Below, one piece after another: positions 10,597 to 22,506 of a DNA stretch of 33,480 nt (the first letter of the stretch is position 1; every line of letters begins with the position of its first letter). Source of the stretch: Octopus sinensis (taxonomy: Eukaryota); the NCBI RefSeq assembly GCF_006345805.1, contig NW_021831944.1:1-33480 (forward strand), read 5' to 3'. A program made the translations under genes and the position numbers. The notes under the pieces were generated by a model. It saw only the letters and a list, made by a program, of their open reading frames with translations. It made no database searches and was not told where the DNA came from.

Positions 10597-12079
10597 AAAA
10601 TTAAGGAAAAGAGAATTAACAAAAACTTCTAGCAATGCAAAAATATGTTCTGTGCCATCACTGTCATGCACAGAACAGGCAAAGGGTTAAGAGACATTGT
10701 ATGAAAATTGGAAAGATAACTGAAGGATCTTTGTGTTTTTAAATATTTTATTAGATAAAACCAAAAACAAACAACACAGCAGTGTCACAGCTGTGAGGTT
10801 TTTAAGGGCCTGCAATGACAGATAAAAGTGTCTGGGTTTAGTATGTTGGTACAATAAAAATGATTTGTTTTTAACCATGGAACTTGAAGTAGATAAAGCT
10901 ATAAACAATGATGTGTAAATATTGCATTAAGCCCCCCCCCCTCCCTTTGAATGGAAAGAGTTGAAAGCTGCCTGTGGGATTGAAACCCACATCTTCTATT
11001 TAACATGAGAAATGTTCAACAATTGGAACAAAGAAATCCTTCAGACATGAAGATGATTCGTTTCTGAGGAACTCGAAGTAGGTAAAGCTATAAATAATAG
11101 CATGTGGAATATTGGATTGAAAAACCCTTTGGATAGGAAAAGTTGAAGGTCCCCCCCTCCCACCACATCAGTACAGTAATTAACAATATGGAAGTCATCC
11201 AGTTGTATAAAGCAGTGGTGCTTCCGGATAAATGCAAGACATGGCTAATATATAAAAATTAATGTGAATAACAAATCAGGTTTTAATATAAATATTTCAT
11301 TTTATAAGAAAGAAGCTATAATAAGCTATATGTACACCACCTCAATAACATGGATTTCATCATCATCATCATCATCATCATCATCTAGTGTTTTAAATCC
11401 GGGTGTTTGTTCCCATTAAGAGGGGTGGCTGGATCTACCTCGATGTCATAGCAACCGCCCTCACACCATCTGGTCATCTTGCCCCAGTTTTGGGCATCCT
11501 CCCTTCTCAAGCCAAGCCTCCCAATCTCCTTCATCACCTGTCCCCTCCATGGATTTGTTGTTTAAAATTAGGTACCAGGAATCACCACTTTGTATAAAGA
11601 CATATTTATCAGTAATATATATTTTTTAAAAAAACCCGTTTCCTATTGGAGCAAGGATAATCGATATATCTATATATAGGCAAATACAATGTCAAGTCTA
11701 TTATAAAACTCATTGCTAGTACAATTAGGTAAAGTTATACAATTCTCTGTTATCCAGGTAACCTAATTAATATTATCTGTCAGACGGTGTAAAGTTGGCA
11801 ATAAATGTTTGAGAAAAATTCTATAGCTCACCCTATAGCATATGATTTAATTAAATATATACAAAATGTATTTTTAGCAAGACTACAACATTTGTTACCA
11901 ACATTTTACACCAGCAATTGATTCAATTCTGATTATTAACATATCATATATACATACATTCATACATATGTATATATATATAGGGTAGATAGATAGATTG
12001 GGAGAGAGAGAGAGAGAGAGAGACAGTGGGGAAGAGAGATATGTTTAGTGTTGACATTTCGAAAAAAAAGATTACTTGA

Positions 12080-12316
12080 TACCTATTTCTTTACTACTCA
12101 CAAGGGGCTAAACACAGAGGGGACAAACAAGGACAGACACACGGATTAAGTCAATTACATCGACCCCAGTGTGTAACTGGTACTTATTTAATCGACCCCG
12201 AAAGGATGAAAGGCAAAGTTGACCTCAGCGGAATTTGAACTCAGAATGTAGCAGCGGACGAAATACCACAAAGTATTTCGCCCGGCGTGCTAACGTCTCT
12301 GCCAGCTCGCCGCCTT
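12080..12316 (-). mobile_element. tRNA-derived SINE with Nin-like core, full length
   Basis: Reverse complement of 3670-3891. Other copies at ~13725-13922(-), ~18545-18750(+), ~18768-18980(+), ~20850-20960(-), ~26378-26480(+) and ~32470-32735(-). Confidence 0.82.
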
Positions 12317-13266
12317 ATATTTCTTGATACCATAGTAGAGATATAAATAATTTTTTTTTTTTTTTTAATTTTTGGTTGAGTCCCTCTTTTCCTTCTCTGC
12401 GTTTCAAATGTAGGTACACAGGGTCATCAGAGTAGCAAGAGAGCGACTCGACTAACCTGAATAACTGTGATTGAAAGAGATCAAATGTCACTGTATGTGC
12501 ACTGAAACCCGATGAGAATTAAATAAGTTGAAATTGTGATTGTTCAGTTGTTAGCTACCATAAATACAGATTCAGTCCACCACAGTATTTCAGAGTTGCC
12601 GCCCCACCCCTGCCTTTTTAAAAATTTTTTGGCCCAGAATCAGTCATTTGTAAAATGATTGTCTTCATTACTAAGGCTGTAATTTTAATCACTCAAAATT
12701 TCTTAGGTTTCCACATCAAATATACTAGTGCCTACTTTACTGTTAAGTTTTCATGCAGCAAGCGTCCATGAGAATTTTTTCCCTTCAGTCATTCTTATAA
12801 TTATGCGCGCGCACACGCACACACACACACACACATACAGATGTACATGAGCAAATTGGCTCAGGCAATAAAAATATTTTTTCTAGTCATAGTACATTTA
12901 AATAAAGTTTCCATCATCATCATCATCATCATCATCATCTTCATCTTCATCGTTTAACGTCCACTTTCCATGCTAGTATGGGTTGGACGATTTTGACTGA
13001 GGGCTGGTGAACCAGATGGCTGCACCAGGCTCCAATCCTGATCTGGCAGAGGGAGAGTTGTCTGCTATTTTGGGGGCAGGTTGGGTGACCATACAAACTT
13101 CCATGTTACAACTTCCAACCCTTTTGTTATCTGAAATGGGTAAATTTAATGTACCAACAACACGCAGGTAATGACTTAGTGCTGTTGGTACGCAAAAACA
13201 TGTGCATGTCCTACCAGCACACACATACTGAGGCAGTGTACTGGATAAAAAGCACACACACAATAT

Positions 13267-13318
<52 letters not shown>

Positions 13319-13347
13319 TTGTAATAATGAAGCCAAACCAAACTGAA

Positions 13348-13444
13348 ATTTTGAAATCATTTAATATGTACATTTCAGGTTTATGTAACATAAAAGGAAA
13401 TGCATCCATTACATAAACCGTCCTCAGTTAAAGCATTTCAAAAT
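13348..13444 (-). ncRNA. Type I hammerhead ribozyme fold with intact core, in a TA-flanked element (~13318-13490)
   Basis: Minus strand: AUUUUGAAAU-GC-UUUAA-CUGAGGA-C-GGUUUAUGUAAU..GUUACAUAAACC-U-GAAA-UGUACA-UA^UUAAA-UG-AUUUCAAAAU. 12-bp stem II, palindromic stem III AUGUACAU, and stem I of 5+10 bp. The 10.1/11.1 pair is a C-U mismatch. Confidence 0.75.
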
Positions 13445-13933
13445 GTCATATTCTGGTATTGTGAGCCATTTCAAAGCATAACATGAAATATATATATATA
13501 TATATATATATATAGTCAAAAAATACACCAAAAGGTGCAACGCGTTACCAAAGGGTATGGGCCCACTGGGTCAGTTCTACACTCAACTCCCCCCCCCCCG
13601 ATGGGGTTAGACTGTCATCATAACACCAGACAGGCTGGAATACAGAGTCTGTGCACCACATGTAGAAAAGAAACAGAAAACGTAATTGCTATTAATGCTT
13701 TATATAATCCTTTCTACTATAGGCACAAGGCCTGAAATTTGTGGAGAGGAGGTAAGTTGATCAAACCAACCTCAGTACATGACTGGTACTGAATTCATCG
13801 ACCCCCAAAAGGATGAAAGGCGAAGTCAACCTTGGCAGAATTTGAACTCAGAATGTAAAAATGGGCAAACTACCACTAAGCATTTTGCCCAGCATGTTAA
13901 TGATTCTGCCAGTTCACTGCCTTAATACTTTAC

Positions 13934-13936
<3 letters not shown>

Positions 13937-13969
<33 letters not shown>

Positions 13970-14121
13970 CATATATATATATAATACATATATACATACA
14001 TATATATATATACATACATATATATATATACATACATATATATATACATACATATATATATATATATACATACATATATATATTATACATACATATATAT
14101 ATACATACATATATATATACA

Positions 14122-14185
<64 letters not shown>

Positions 14186-14250
14186 TATACATATATATAT
14201 ATATATAATATATTATATATATATAATATATATATATATATAAGTATATA
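13937..14250. repeat. Compound (TA)n/(TACA)n microsatellite
   Basis: Direct reading. Confidence 0.95.
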
Positions 14251-14456
14251 CATAAGCACAGGGCTTGGAAGTGTGGTTAAGAAGTTTGCTATGGAACTGT
14301 GAAATTTAGAGTTTAATCTTATTGCATGGACCCTGTCAGCTGGTGTCATCTAGCATAGCCACAGGCTGACCAGGACCAATGACCAGTGAGTGAAATTTGG
14401 TAAAAGGGGACTCAAAGAAGTTTGTTTTGTGTGTGTGTGTGTATGTGTGTGTGTGT

Positions 14457-14501
<45 letters not shown>

Positions 14502-14914
14502 ATTTGATGATAAGAGAATGAGGTGGGGCAGCGGGGAGGATATCTGACAAATTCCTCCAGAATGTAACTGGTGGTTATTCTTGCTACCCTGCAGCAAAGC
14601 AATATAAAATTGAGCCCAGAGTGATCAGGAGATTTCAGCTCAGAAGATAGATGTACCCAGGTAGATGTTTTCAGAATATTTAGTCCGATTGTCTCTGTGA
14701 CAAGTATTTTCACTCTAGTTTGTTTATTGATAATTCATAAATCAAGGAAATTTTCTGGATTGTAATAGAGAAATTTGATTGCTTTTTTAGTTATTATCTT
14801 GACATTGCTAAATGTGGAAAAAAAACAAGTAGAAAAGGCAGAAAGGCAAATGTGATTCATTTTGTTAGTGTATAACATGTGTGTGTATATATACACAAAT
14901 TGCTATATATATTG

Positions 14915-14950
<36 letters not shown>

Positions 14951-14963
14951 ATATATATATATA

Positions 14964-15250
14964 TTGATAAAACGGTAAGATAACAAAAGAAAGAAAGAGA
15001 CCTCAATATTATGTAAATAGAGGAAATTTATCTATACAATATGTTACATTACTCGGTAGTCAAGATAAAACTCTGAGTTTCAGATGCCGAAGTGGAAATC
15101 CACAACACCATCTCTTCGGTTATCTGGCTATTTGATAACGTTTTCAAATAGCCAGATAACCGAAGAGATGGTGTTGTGGATTTCCACTTCGGCATCTGAA
15201 ACTCAGAGTTTTATCTTGACTACCGAGTAATGTAACATATTGTATAGATA
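14964..15250. mobile_element. TA-embedded asymmetric palindromic element (222-bp palindrome 15029-15250) carrying hammerhead-like motifs on both arms
   Basis: Arms 15029-15135 and 15144-15250 are reverse complements around taacgttt. The left arm extends ~65 bp further, with (TA)n on both sides. Confidence 0.85.
15154..15216 (+). ncRNA. Hammerhead-like motif (mirror copy at 15063-15125 on - strand)
   Basis: AGAUAA-CCGAAG-AGAUG..GUGG(AUUU)CCAC..CAUCU-GAAA-CUC-A-GAG-UU^UUAUCU. 6-bp stem I and near-palindromic stem III. The core has U4C and appears one A short. Confidence 0.6.
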
Positions 15251-15801
15251 TATATATACATATATTTATACATATATATATACATATATATACATACATA
15301 TACATACATATTATATATATATACATATATTACATATATATATATATATACATATATAATACATATATATAGATATATAGATATACATAGATATATATAT
15401 AAATATATATATACATATTTATAGATAATATATATAAATATATATATATATACACACTCACACATTTATGTATATATATATAAGCATGTGTATATATATA
15501 TATATATATAAACACACACACACATGCATTCACTTATACATCAGTGGTCTAGGAATTTATAGTAATCAACATTTGAAATTGTATCCAGTTCATTTGCACC
15601 AATCATGTTTGTCTGTAGAAATATCAGAACAAGAAAAAATAAATAAATAAATAAATAAATAAATAAAAGGGGCTTAAATGTTCCCCCAAATTATTTAGCA
15701 ATTTTGTAGTTACAAACTCCAAATTAATGTTTTTACACTGAAGGGGACAGGACCATCCTTTGTGAGAAATAATTGAGGAAAATGAATGAGTAACAGTGTA
15801 A

Positions 15802-16083
15802 GCCAAGCTAGTATGGTAGTCCATAAATATAAGACTAACGCTGCCGTTGATTAGCTCCAGCGACGCCTGCTGGGTCTGGCTACTCTGCATTGATAAAGGG
15901 CAAATACCCTGAAACATGTCTGCAGATGTCTGACCAGCAAGGGGAAGCGGCTGACCTCCCCTGTTTGAAGGTTATAATGGACACATGTTCGTGTGTCATA
16001 TAGCTAGCTAGAGGCAATGGCCTCTTAGAGCTAATCAACGGCAGCTTTAGTTTTATATTTATGGACTACCATACTAGCTTGGC
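15802..16083 (+). mobile_element. ~280-bp highly self-complementary element with 56-bp inverted ends enclosing a hammerhead
   Basis: 15802-15857 is inverted to 16028-16083 with 2 mismatches. Internal hairpins: ggggaag..ctcccc, gacacatg-tt-cgtgtgtc and agaggc-aatg-gcctct. Confidence 0.8.
15884..15926 (+). ncRNA. Type I hammerhead ribozyme, U3-A8 compensatory core variant
   Basis: UCUGCA-UUGAUAA-AGGG(CAAAUA)CCCU-GAAA-C-AU-GUC^UGCAGA. All stems are fully paired with a GUC cleavage triplet and palindromic ACAUGU stem III. Stem I can extend via UGCUGG/CCAGCA. Confidence 0.8.
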
Positions 16084-16922
16084 GATAACTATTAATATCC
16101 AGTACCGCTGCCGTACTCTCCTTTAGAGAGACTTAGAAATTTTAATATTTCTATTAGTGTAAGCATGGCCATGTGGTTAAGAAGCTCACTTTGCATAGAT
16201 CTGGCATGGATTGGACAGCTTGACAGGAGCTGACCAGCTGAAGAGCTGTCTGGGCTCCAGTTTTCTCTTTTGGCATGGGTTTTAAGGTTGGATGCCCTTC
16301 CGAATGCCAACCACTTCACAGAAAGTAGTGGATGCTTTTTACATGGCACCAGTAAATTGAAAAGGGTCTCTCTCTCTCTCTCTAAAAAACAGAAAATTAA
16401 TTACAAGGAACTTCGTTAACAATGAAAAGCAAAATTAACAAAAAAAATTTCAATGTAAGTAGATTGGTTACCATTGGTTACCATTGGTTTATTAAAATTT
16501 GTTGTGTTTTCAATAATTAATAATATAAAGGTTAAGATATAACAAAAAATTGCTTTGTATTAAATTAAATCAACAAAAATGAGAAAAATCTATAAAAATA
16601 TGTCTAAGAATATCTTCCAGGTATATATATAAATATTTATACATATCACTATATAAATGCAATTGTATGTGGTTGTGCATGTCTGTTTAGCCTTGAAAGG
16701 TTCTGAAATGGTGTTTCCTTGAGAAAAATGAATTTGATTTATGAAATCTGTGTCTCAAAGAGAAGGTCATCCATAAATAATAATCAAAAGTCATAATTTG
16801 CTATGAGAAATAACTTTTAGATCAATAACTCTTCCGCTCATTCTCTGTCACCATTATCTGTATCAATCATTTAGAATATATACATACATGCATACATACA
16901 TACATACGTGTGTGTGTGTGTG

Positions 16923-16974
<52 letters not shown>

Positions 16975-17904
16975 GTGAGTGCGTGCGTGCATGTACATAT
17001 TTGCTTTTCTTTTTTTTTGTGGAATAACAAAGCGACCATTTGTTTCATGCAGAGAGAAAATTTCTCTGCAATTATCAAGCATGTTACATGAAACCAATGG
17101 TAGCCTTGTCAACCCACAAGTGTAGAGCACTCATTCACACTGTTTTATATTAGCATATATATATATATTTACATACAATTTTAAATTTTTGTATTGGATA
17201 TTTAAGGACACACAAAACAAAATAATGAAAGTGACCCAATTTGTGTAAAAAAACAAAATAAAACCCAATGGAATTAATTCCTGTTTGGGTTTCAAAGTTT
17301 CTATCCCTTCGTTAATTAATTAATGATATGTATAAATTGATTAATTAGTTAGGATCTAATGAAAATGATTTACTATCACAGATTGGAAGAATATCCCTGT
17401 CAGGATATAACAGTCACAAATTTGTGCGTACTCGCTAAAATGTTCATGGTGTGTGTATGTGTGTGTGTGCATGAATGTGCCTGTGTGTTTGCATGTATGT
17501 TTGTGTGTCTGTTTGTTGTATGTGTCTATGTGTGAGTGCATGTGTATACACATTGTGTGTGTGTGCAGGTTATGACCACAACATGGTCAAACAGTTTAAA
17601 ATGTTTACTCCACAATCACAAGTACCCATGTTATTTCTGAGTGATCAGCATCTTGGGCGAGGTTTTCAACCACAACTTATGGTCAACCCAAGTGAGTGAA
17701 TCTGTGTAGATGGAAATGGTGAGGAAGACTGCTAAATGGGTTACACCTGAAATTTAAGGATGCTGCCTTAGTCACACACTCTGTCATGTTGATTCAACTT
17801 GAGAATACATTAAAAATGCATGTGCCTTTGGAATACTCAACCACTTATAAGCAAATTTACTTGATTGAATAACTGAATATTCATTGTCAAAACCAATGGA
17901 GATC

Positions 17905-17946
<42 letters not shown>

Positions 17947-18035
17947 GCATGTGCATCAAGGCAGTAAGTTGGCAGTTTCCATCAATGCTGTTGTGATTAT
18001 TATTATTATTATTATTACTATTATTATTATTATTT

Positions 18036-18307
18036 ACTGGTAATCTGCATGTTTGTCACAATCACTTACCAAGACACGCTCAGTGCCATAGGGAAAGTGA
18101 AGGATAATAGATGCTACAGCATAACTGAAAGCTTGGGGAGAGGAAGTGACAGGGACAGTAACGAAATATTTCCATGTAATACAACACATACATTTAAATT
18201 GATAGGGTTATTCTAAGGATGTGGACAGTACTTGTCAGCAAAATCTTTTGGATTTCTCTGAGACATGTTTCTCCTGGGATGTTGTCTAGATGTTTCTGAC
18301 ATCCCTT
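18036..18307 (-). mobile_element. 5'-truncated R4/Dong-clade LINE 3' end inserted in (TAA)n
   Basis: Minus strand 18307-18194 encodes KGCQKHLDNIPGETCLREIQKILLTSTVHILRITLSI*, resembling the R4/Dong C-terminal 'LQKxxLLGTAHILRxxL'. (TTA)n flanks both sides, the known Dong target. Confidence 0.7.
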
Positions 18308-18357
18308 ATTACTATCACTATTATTATTATTGTCATCATTATTATTATTAAGGAGGC

Positions 18358-18543
18358 AATAATGGTTTCAAATTTTGGCACAAGGCCAGCAATTTCGTGG
18401 GTGGGGGTAAGTAGATTACATTGAACTCACAACTCAACAGGTATTTGATAAAATAAGTACCCATTGAGTTCTGGAGTCAATGTAATCAGCTTACCCTCAC
18501 ACCCAAAATTGCTGGCCTTGTGCCAAAATTTGAATCCATTATT
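18358..18543. repeat. Imperfect foldback formed from two SINE 3' tails
   Basis: aataatggtttcaaattttggcacaaggccagcaattt is inverted to aaattgctggccttgtgccaaaatttgaatccattatt. The tails match those of the Nin-like SINEs (gccttgtgcc). Confidence 0.7.
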
Positions 18544-19392
18544 AAGGTAGCAAGGTGGTAGAGTTGCTAGCATACCAGACAAAATTCCTAGCAGAATGTT
18601 TATGTTGTGAGTTCAAGTTCTGCTACGGTCAACTTTGTGCTTCATCCTTTGAGGTCAACAAAATAAGTGCCAGTTGAGCTCTGGGGTTGATGTAATCAAC
18701 AAGCCCCTTTCCTAAAATCTTTTAGGCCCAGTGTCTATATTAGAAGGATTATTATTATTTTCATTAAGGTGGCAAGCTGGCAGAATCGTTAGAGTGCTGG
18801 GCAAAATGCTTTAGCAGCATTTCTATCAGCTTTACATTCTGAGTTCAAATTCTGCCAAAGTTGATTTGGTCTTTCAACTTTTATGGGCTAATTAAATAAG
18901 TATCAGTTGAGCAATGGGGTTGATGTTATCCACAAACTCCCTAGCCACAAAATTTCAAGCCTTGTGCCTATAGCAGAAAAAAAATGCATATGTGCATGTG
19001 TGTGTGTGTGTGTGTGTGTGATATGTGACTGGTGCTCAAGCATGGCCAGCATCATCTGTCATTAAGGGTGCTTTGGCAGATCTTGACTCTGTTGCAAGCC
19101 AGGTCTCCAACTTAGGGTAGCTTCCTCTTACCAATCTTGGAAGCCCTATTATAAAAGGTCATGAGTGTTGCCTGTCTTCCTTTGCCAAAATACCCAATTA
19201 TTTTTCATGGTTTAAACCAATTAAAAAAAAAATTATTAGATCAAACGAAATTAAATAATGCTTTCTGCATTTGTTTTTGACTTTGTGTGTATGTGTGTGT
19301 GTGTGTGTTAGTTTATCTATCCATCTATATCAAAATCTCTCTCACATACACACCTCACACATATACACACAATGTCTACCCGTTTTCTGTCT

Positions 19393-19716
19393 CTAATCAG
19401 CTCTCTCATGGTGAAACACACCCTTCGGTTCCGGCTTTGCGACATACATCTTCCTCACACTGTTATTCATCATGAAGTCGACGGAATGATCAATGGGTTT
19501 CACAATGAAAGGGATACAACCAAGACCAACAAAAGTCGTGGTCCACCGACGAACACCGACCGGTAACGAAGCTGTCTTCTTCAGCAGGTAATTAGTACCG
19601 GCACATAATCGATTGATAGTAAATCCAGGAATTGCTACAGATGCCAGCCCTTGCCAAACAACTGTGTCTGCCATGGCTATCATGCGGTTCTTCGTAACAT
19701 TTGATTCGTCAGATTT
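19393..19716 (-). CDS. MTFP1: MTFP1/MTP18 last coding exon
   Basis: Acceptor ttttcag|AAA, phase 0. It encodes KSDESNVTKNRMIAMADTVVWQGLASVAIPGFTINRLC...RRWTTTFVGLGCIPFIVKPIDHSVDFMMNNSVRKMY...*, containing the MTP18 motifs WQxLASVAIPGFTINR and IPxIxxPIDxSVD. Confidence 0.96.
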   Translation of the reverse strand, partial: KSDESNVTKNRMIAMADTVVWQGLASVAIPGFTINRLCAGTNYLLKKTASLPVGVRRWTTTFVGLGCIPFIVKPIDHSVDFMMNNSVRKMYVAKPEPKGVFHHERAD

Positions 19717-19951
19717 CTGAAAATTAAATCAAAATTATTATAATCAAAAACATAATATGGATATCAGATTAATTACAAGATACAATTTAAGATAACTAGA
19801 CTATTATATTCTATTAGTCCACAATTTTTGTACAGATTTCTGAAAATTAAATCAAAATTATTATAATCAAAAGCTTGATATGGATATCAAATTAATTACA
19901 AGAGTAAAGAGAGAGAGAGTATATACACATACATGCATACATATATTACAT

Positions 19952-20003
<52 letters not shown>

Positions 20004-20004
20004 T

Positions 20005-20065
<61 letters not shown>

Positions 20066-20121
20066 TATGTATATATACATCCATCACCTTTCTCATTCTT
20101 TTAGTTTATTTAAAAAAGTTT

Positions 20122-20162
20122 TTTTGTCTGATGAAGAATTAGCATCTGAAACATCAACAAGA
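20122..20162 (+). ncRNA. Degenerate minimal hammerhead-like motif next to (TA)n in the MTFP1 intron
   Basis: UUUUGU-CUGAUGA-AGA(AUUAGCA)UCU-GAAA-C-AUC-AACAAGA. The core is perfect, but stem III (ACGU would need G at 20153) and the stem I register are damaged. Confidence 0.45.
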
Positions 20163-22109
20163 TTCTTTACCTTGTTTTTAACCCCTTGCAGACGGATTTA
20201 GTACTGACAGTCTGTGCTGTGTCCTGGTATTTGGCCGTTCAGTAACAACATAATTTTTCATACAAGGAATTTTACAGAGTACTTACAGATTCTTCTCAGT
20301 GTGGCATATTTGAAAATACCGGTGCCGCACAGAGAGAGACATAGCACTGTTCACACACCATCAGTACTGCTTCTCGTCTGCATTTGGGCTAAGTGTTAAA
20401 CATATAAAACATTTGTTAAAACTTATCAGCTAATGACGAGAGTGGGAAAACCAGTTGTTAGTTAATAAAACTTATTTTGAATGAACGCTAAGGGGCTGTG
20501 GAAAAAATTTCCTTCGAAATAGGGGTCCCATTGCGCTTACAACAAGTTGCCGTGTACGTTTGTAATTCTGATATATGCTTTGACGAGGGTTTTGTAGTTA
20601 AACATTATACACCTATAATCCATGGCTGTGGCCTTCTTTCTATCGAATATAAAATACGACAGATTGCTTCTAACGATCGACCGAAATTCTTATATTTTGT
20701 AGTCCCGAACATGAATACATTAAGCGGAGAATGCAAATAAATATTCCTTAGCAAATAACTGCATAACTGGAACAAGGGAAATAACTCAAGAATTAAAACT
20801 CTTCAAGGGAAGCAACTAGGCAAGACCTGGGTTGTTAAATTATTTATTTATTTTTTATTGCCCACAAGGGGCTAAACATAGAGGGGACAAACAGGGACAG
20901 ACAAACAGATTAAGTCGATTACATCAACTCCAGTGCGTAACTGGTACTCAATTTATCGACCTCGATGTGTGTATGTGCGTGATTCAGTCATATGACCCCA
21001 GCCATGCTGGAGCACCGCCTTGAACGGTTTTAGATGAAAAAATTGACCCACCAGGGCTTATTTCTTAAGCCTAGTACTTATACTATCAGACTCTTTTGCC
21101 AAACTGCTAAGCTACAGGAACATAAACACACCAACACCGGTTGTCAAGTGGTAAAAGGGGTACAAACACAGACACAAAAACGCACACACATATATATATA
21201 TATACGATGGGCTTCTTTCAGTTTCCGTCAACCAAATCCATTCACAAGGTTTTGGTCAGCCTGGTGCTATAGTAAAAGACACCTGACCAAAGTGCCATGC
21301 AGTGGCACTGAACCCGGAACCATGTGGTGGAGAAGCTCTGCGTGTGTGTGTGTGTGTGTGTATACATGTATATGTATATATATGTTTTTGTGCATGTTTG
21401 TGTGTGTGTGTTTATATATATATATCTTTATATATATGTGTGTGTACACATATATATATACATACATCTATACATATACATACATAAAAATACATACACA
21501 CACTCACATACACAAACACACACACACACATGGAGGAAATTGGCTGCATGAGTCCATAGGAAGGAAATGCTATCCTTTATTTATATATATATATATAAAT
21601 TAGAAAAAAACACCTTTTATCAATTTGAAATTAACAATTAAATTACACCATCCAGAAAATTACATATAACAGGAAAATTAAAATAACAATAAAATGTAAA
21701 GATTAAGTAAATTGCAAAACTAATAATAAAAACGTATATAATATATATATACATAGAGAGAGAGGTGGGTAAAGGGCAGGAGAGGGACATAAAGCAGAGA
21801 ATGAGAGGAATAAGGATAGGTGAGGGGTGACAGTGGCCGGCATGAAATGCTGTTCAATAACAGTAAGGGATAATATCAAGAAAGCCATGTGCGTAATATG
21901 AGGTGGGTCCAGGGAAGGAGGAACTGGGAGTACAAAAGTGTAAGGGGGATGGAATATGTGTATCCCTGCTCTCATATAGTTATTCTAATTGCAGCAGCTG
22001 AGGTAGTAATGTAGTTAGGAGAGTGATGGAGTGATGAGTGATGGAAACTGCTTTCAAACGTGTGTTGCACATCCACTGAAAAACTTTATTATTATTTACT
22101 ACTACTATA

Positions 22110-22506
22110 CTCTCTTTTTACTCTTTTACTTGTTTCAGTCATTTGACTGCGGCCATGCTGGAGCACCGCCTTTAGTCGAGCAAATCGATCCCGGGACTTA
22201 TTCTTTGTAAGCCCAGTACTTATTCTATCGGTCTCTTTTGCCGAACCGCTAAATGACGGGGACGTAAACACACCAGCATCGGTTGTCAAGCAATGCTAGG
22301 GGGACAAACACAGACACACAAACATATACACACACACTTATATATATATACATATATACGACAGGCTTCTTTCAGTTTCCGTCTACCAAATCCACTCACA
22401 AGGCATTGGTCGGCCCGGGGCTATAGCAGAAGACACTTGCCCAAGATGCCACGCAGTGGGACTGAACCCGGAAACATGTGGTTGGTTAGCAAGCTACTTA
22501 CTACAC
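22110..22506 (-). mobile_element. tRNA-derived SINE, near full length (25003 family)
   Basis: Reverse complement of 25003-25420 at high identity. More degenerate copies at ~8440-8660, ~20985-21330 and ~30470-30630. Confidence 0.85.

Noticed and set aside
9985-10671. Long ORFs rich in IYIY/VCVC/LSIY (also ~13861-14208, ~28526-29289 and others)
   Set aside because: These are translations of TA, TG, TACA and GATA microsatellites.
12393-12437. Minus-strand CTGATGA...GAAACGCA hammerhead-like spacing
   Set aside because: The stem II base is unpaired, there is no NUH triplet and stem I is poor; at best a heavily decayed copy.
13520-13550. CACC-AAAA-GGTG-CAACGCGTTA next to a TA tract
   Set aside because: GCAA instead of GAAA and no CUGANGA; insufficient evidence.
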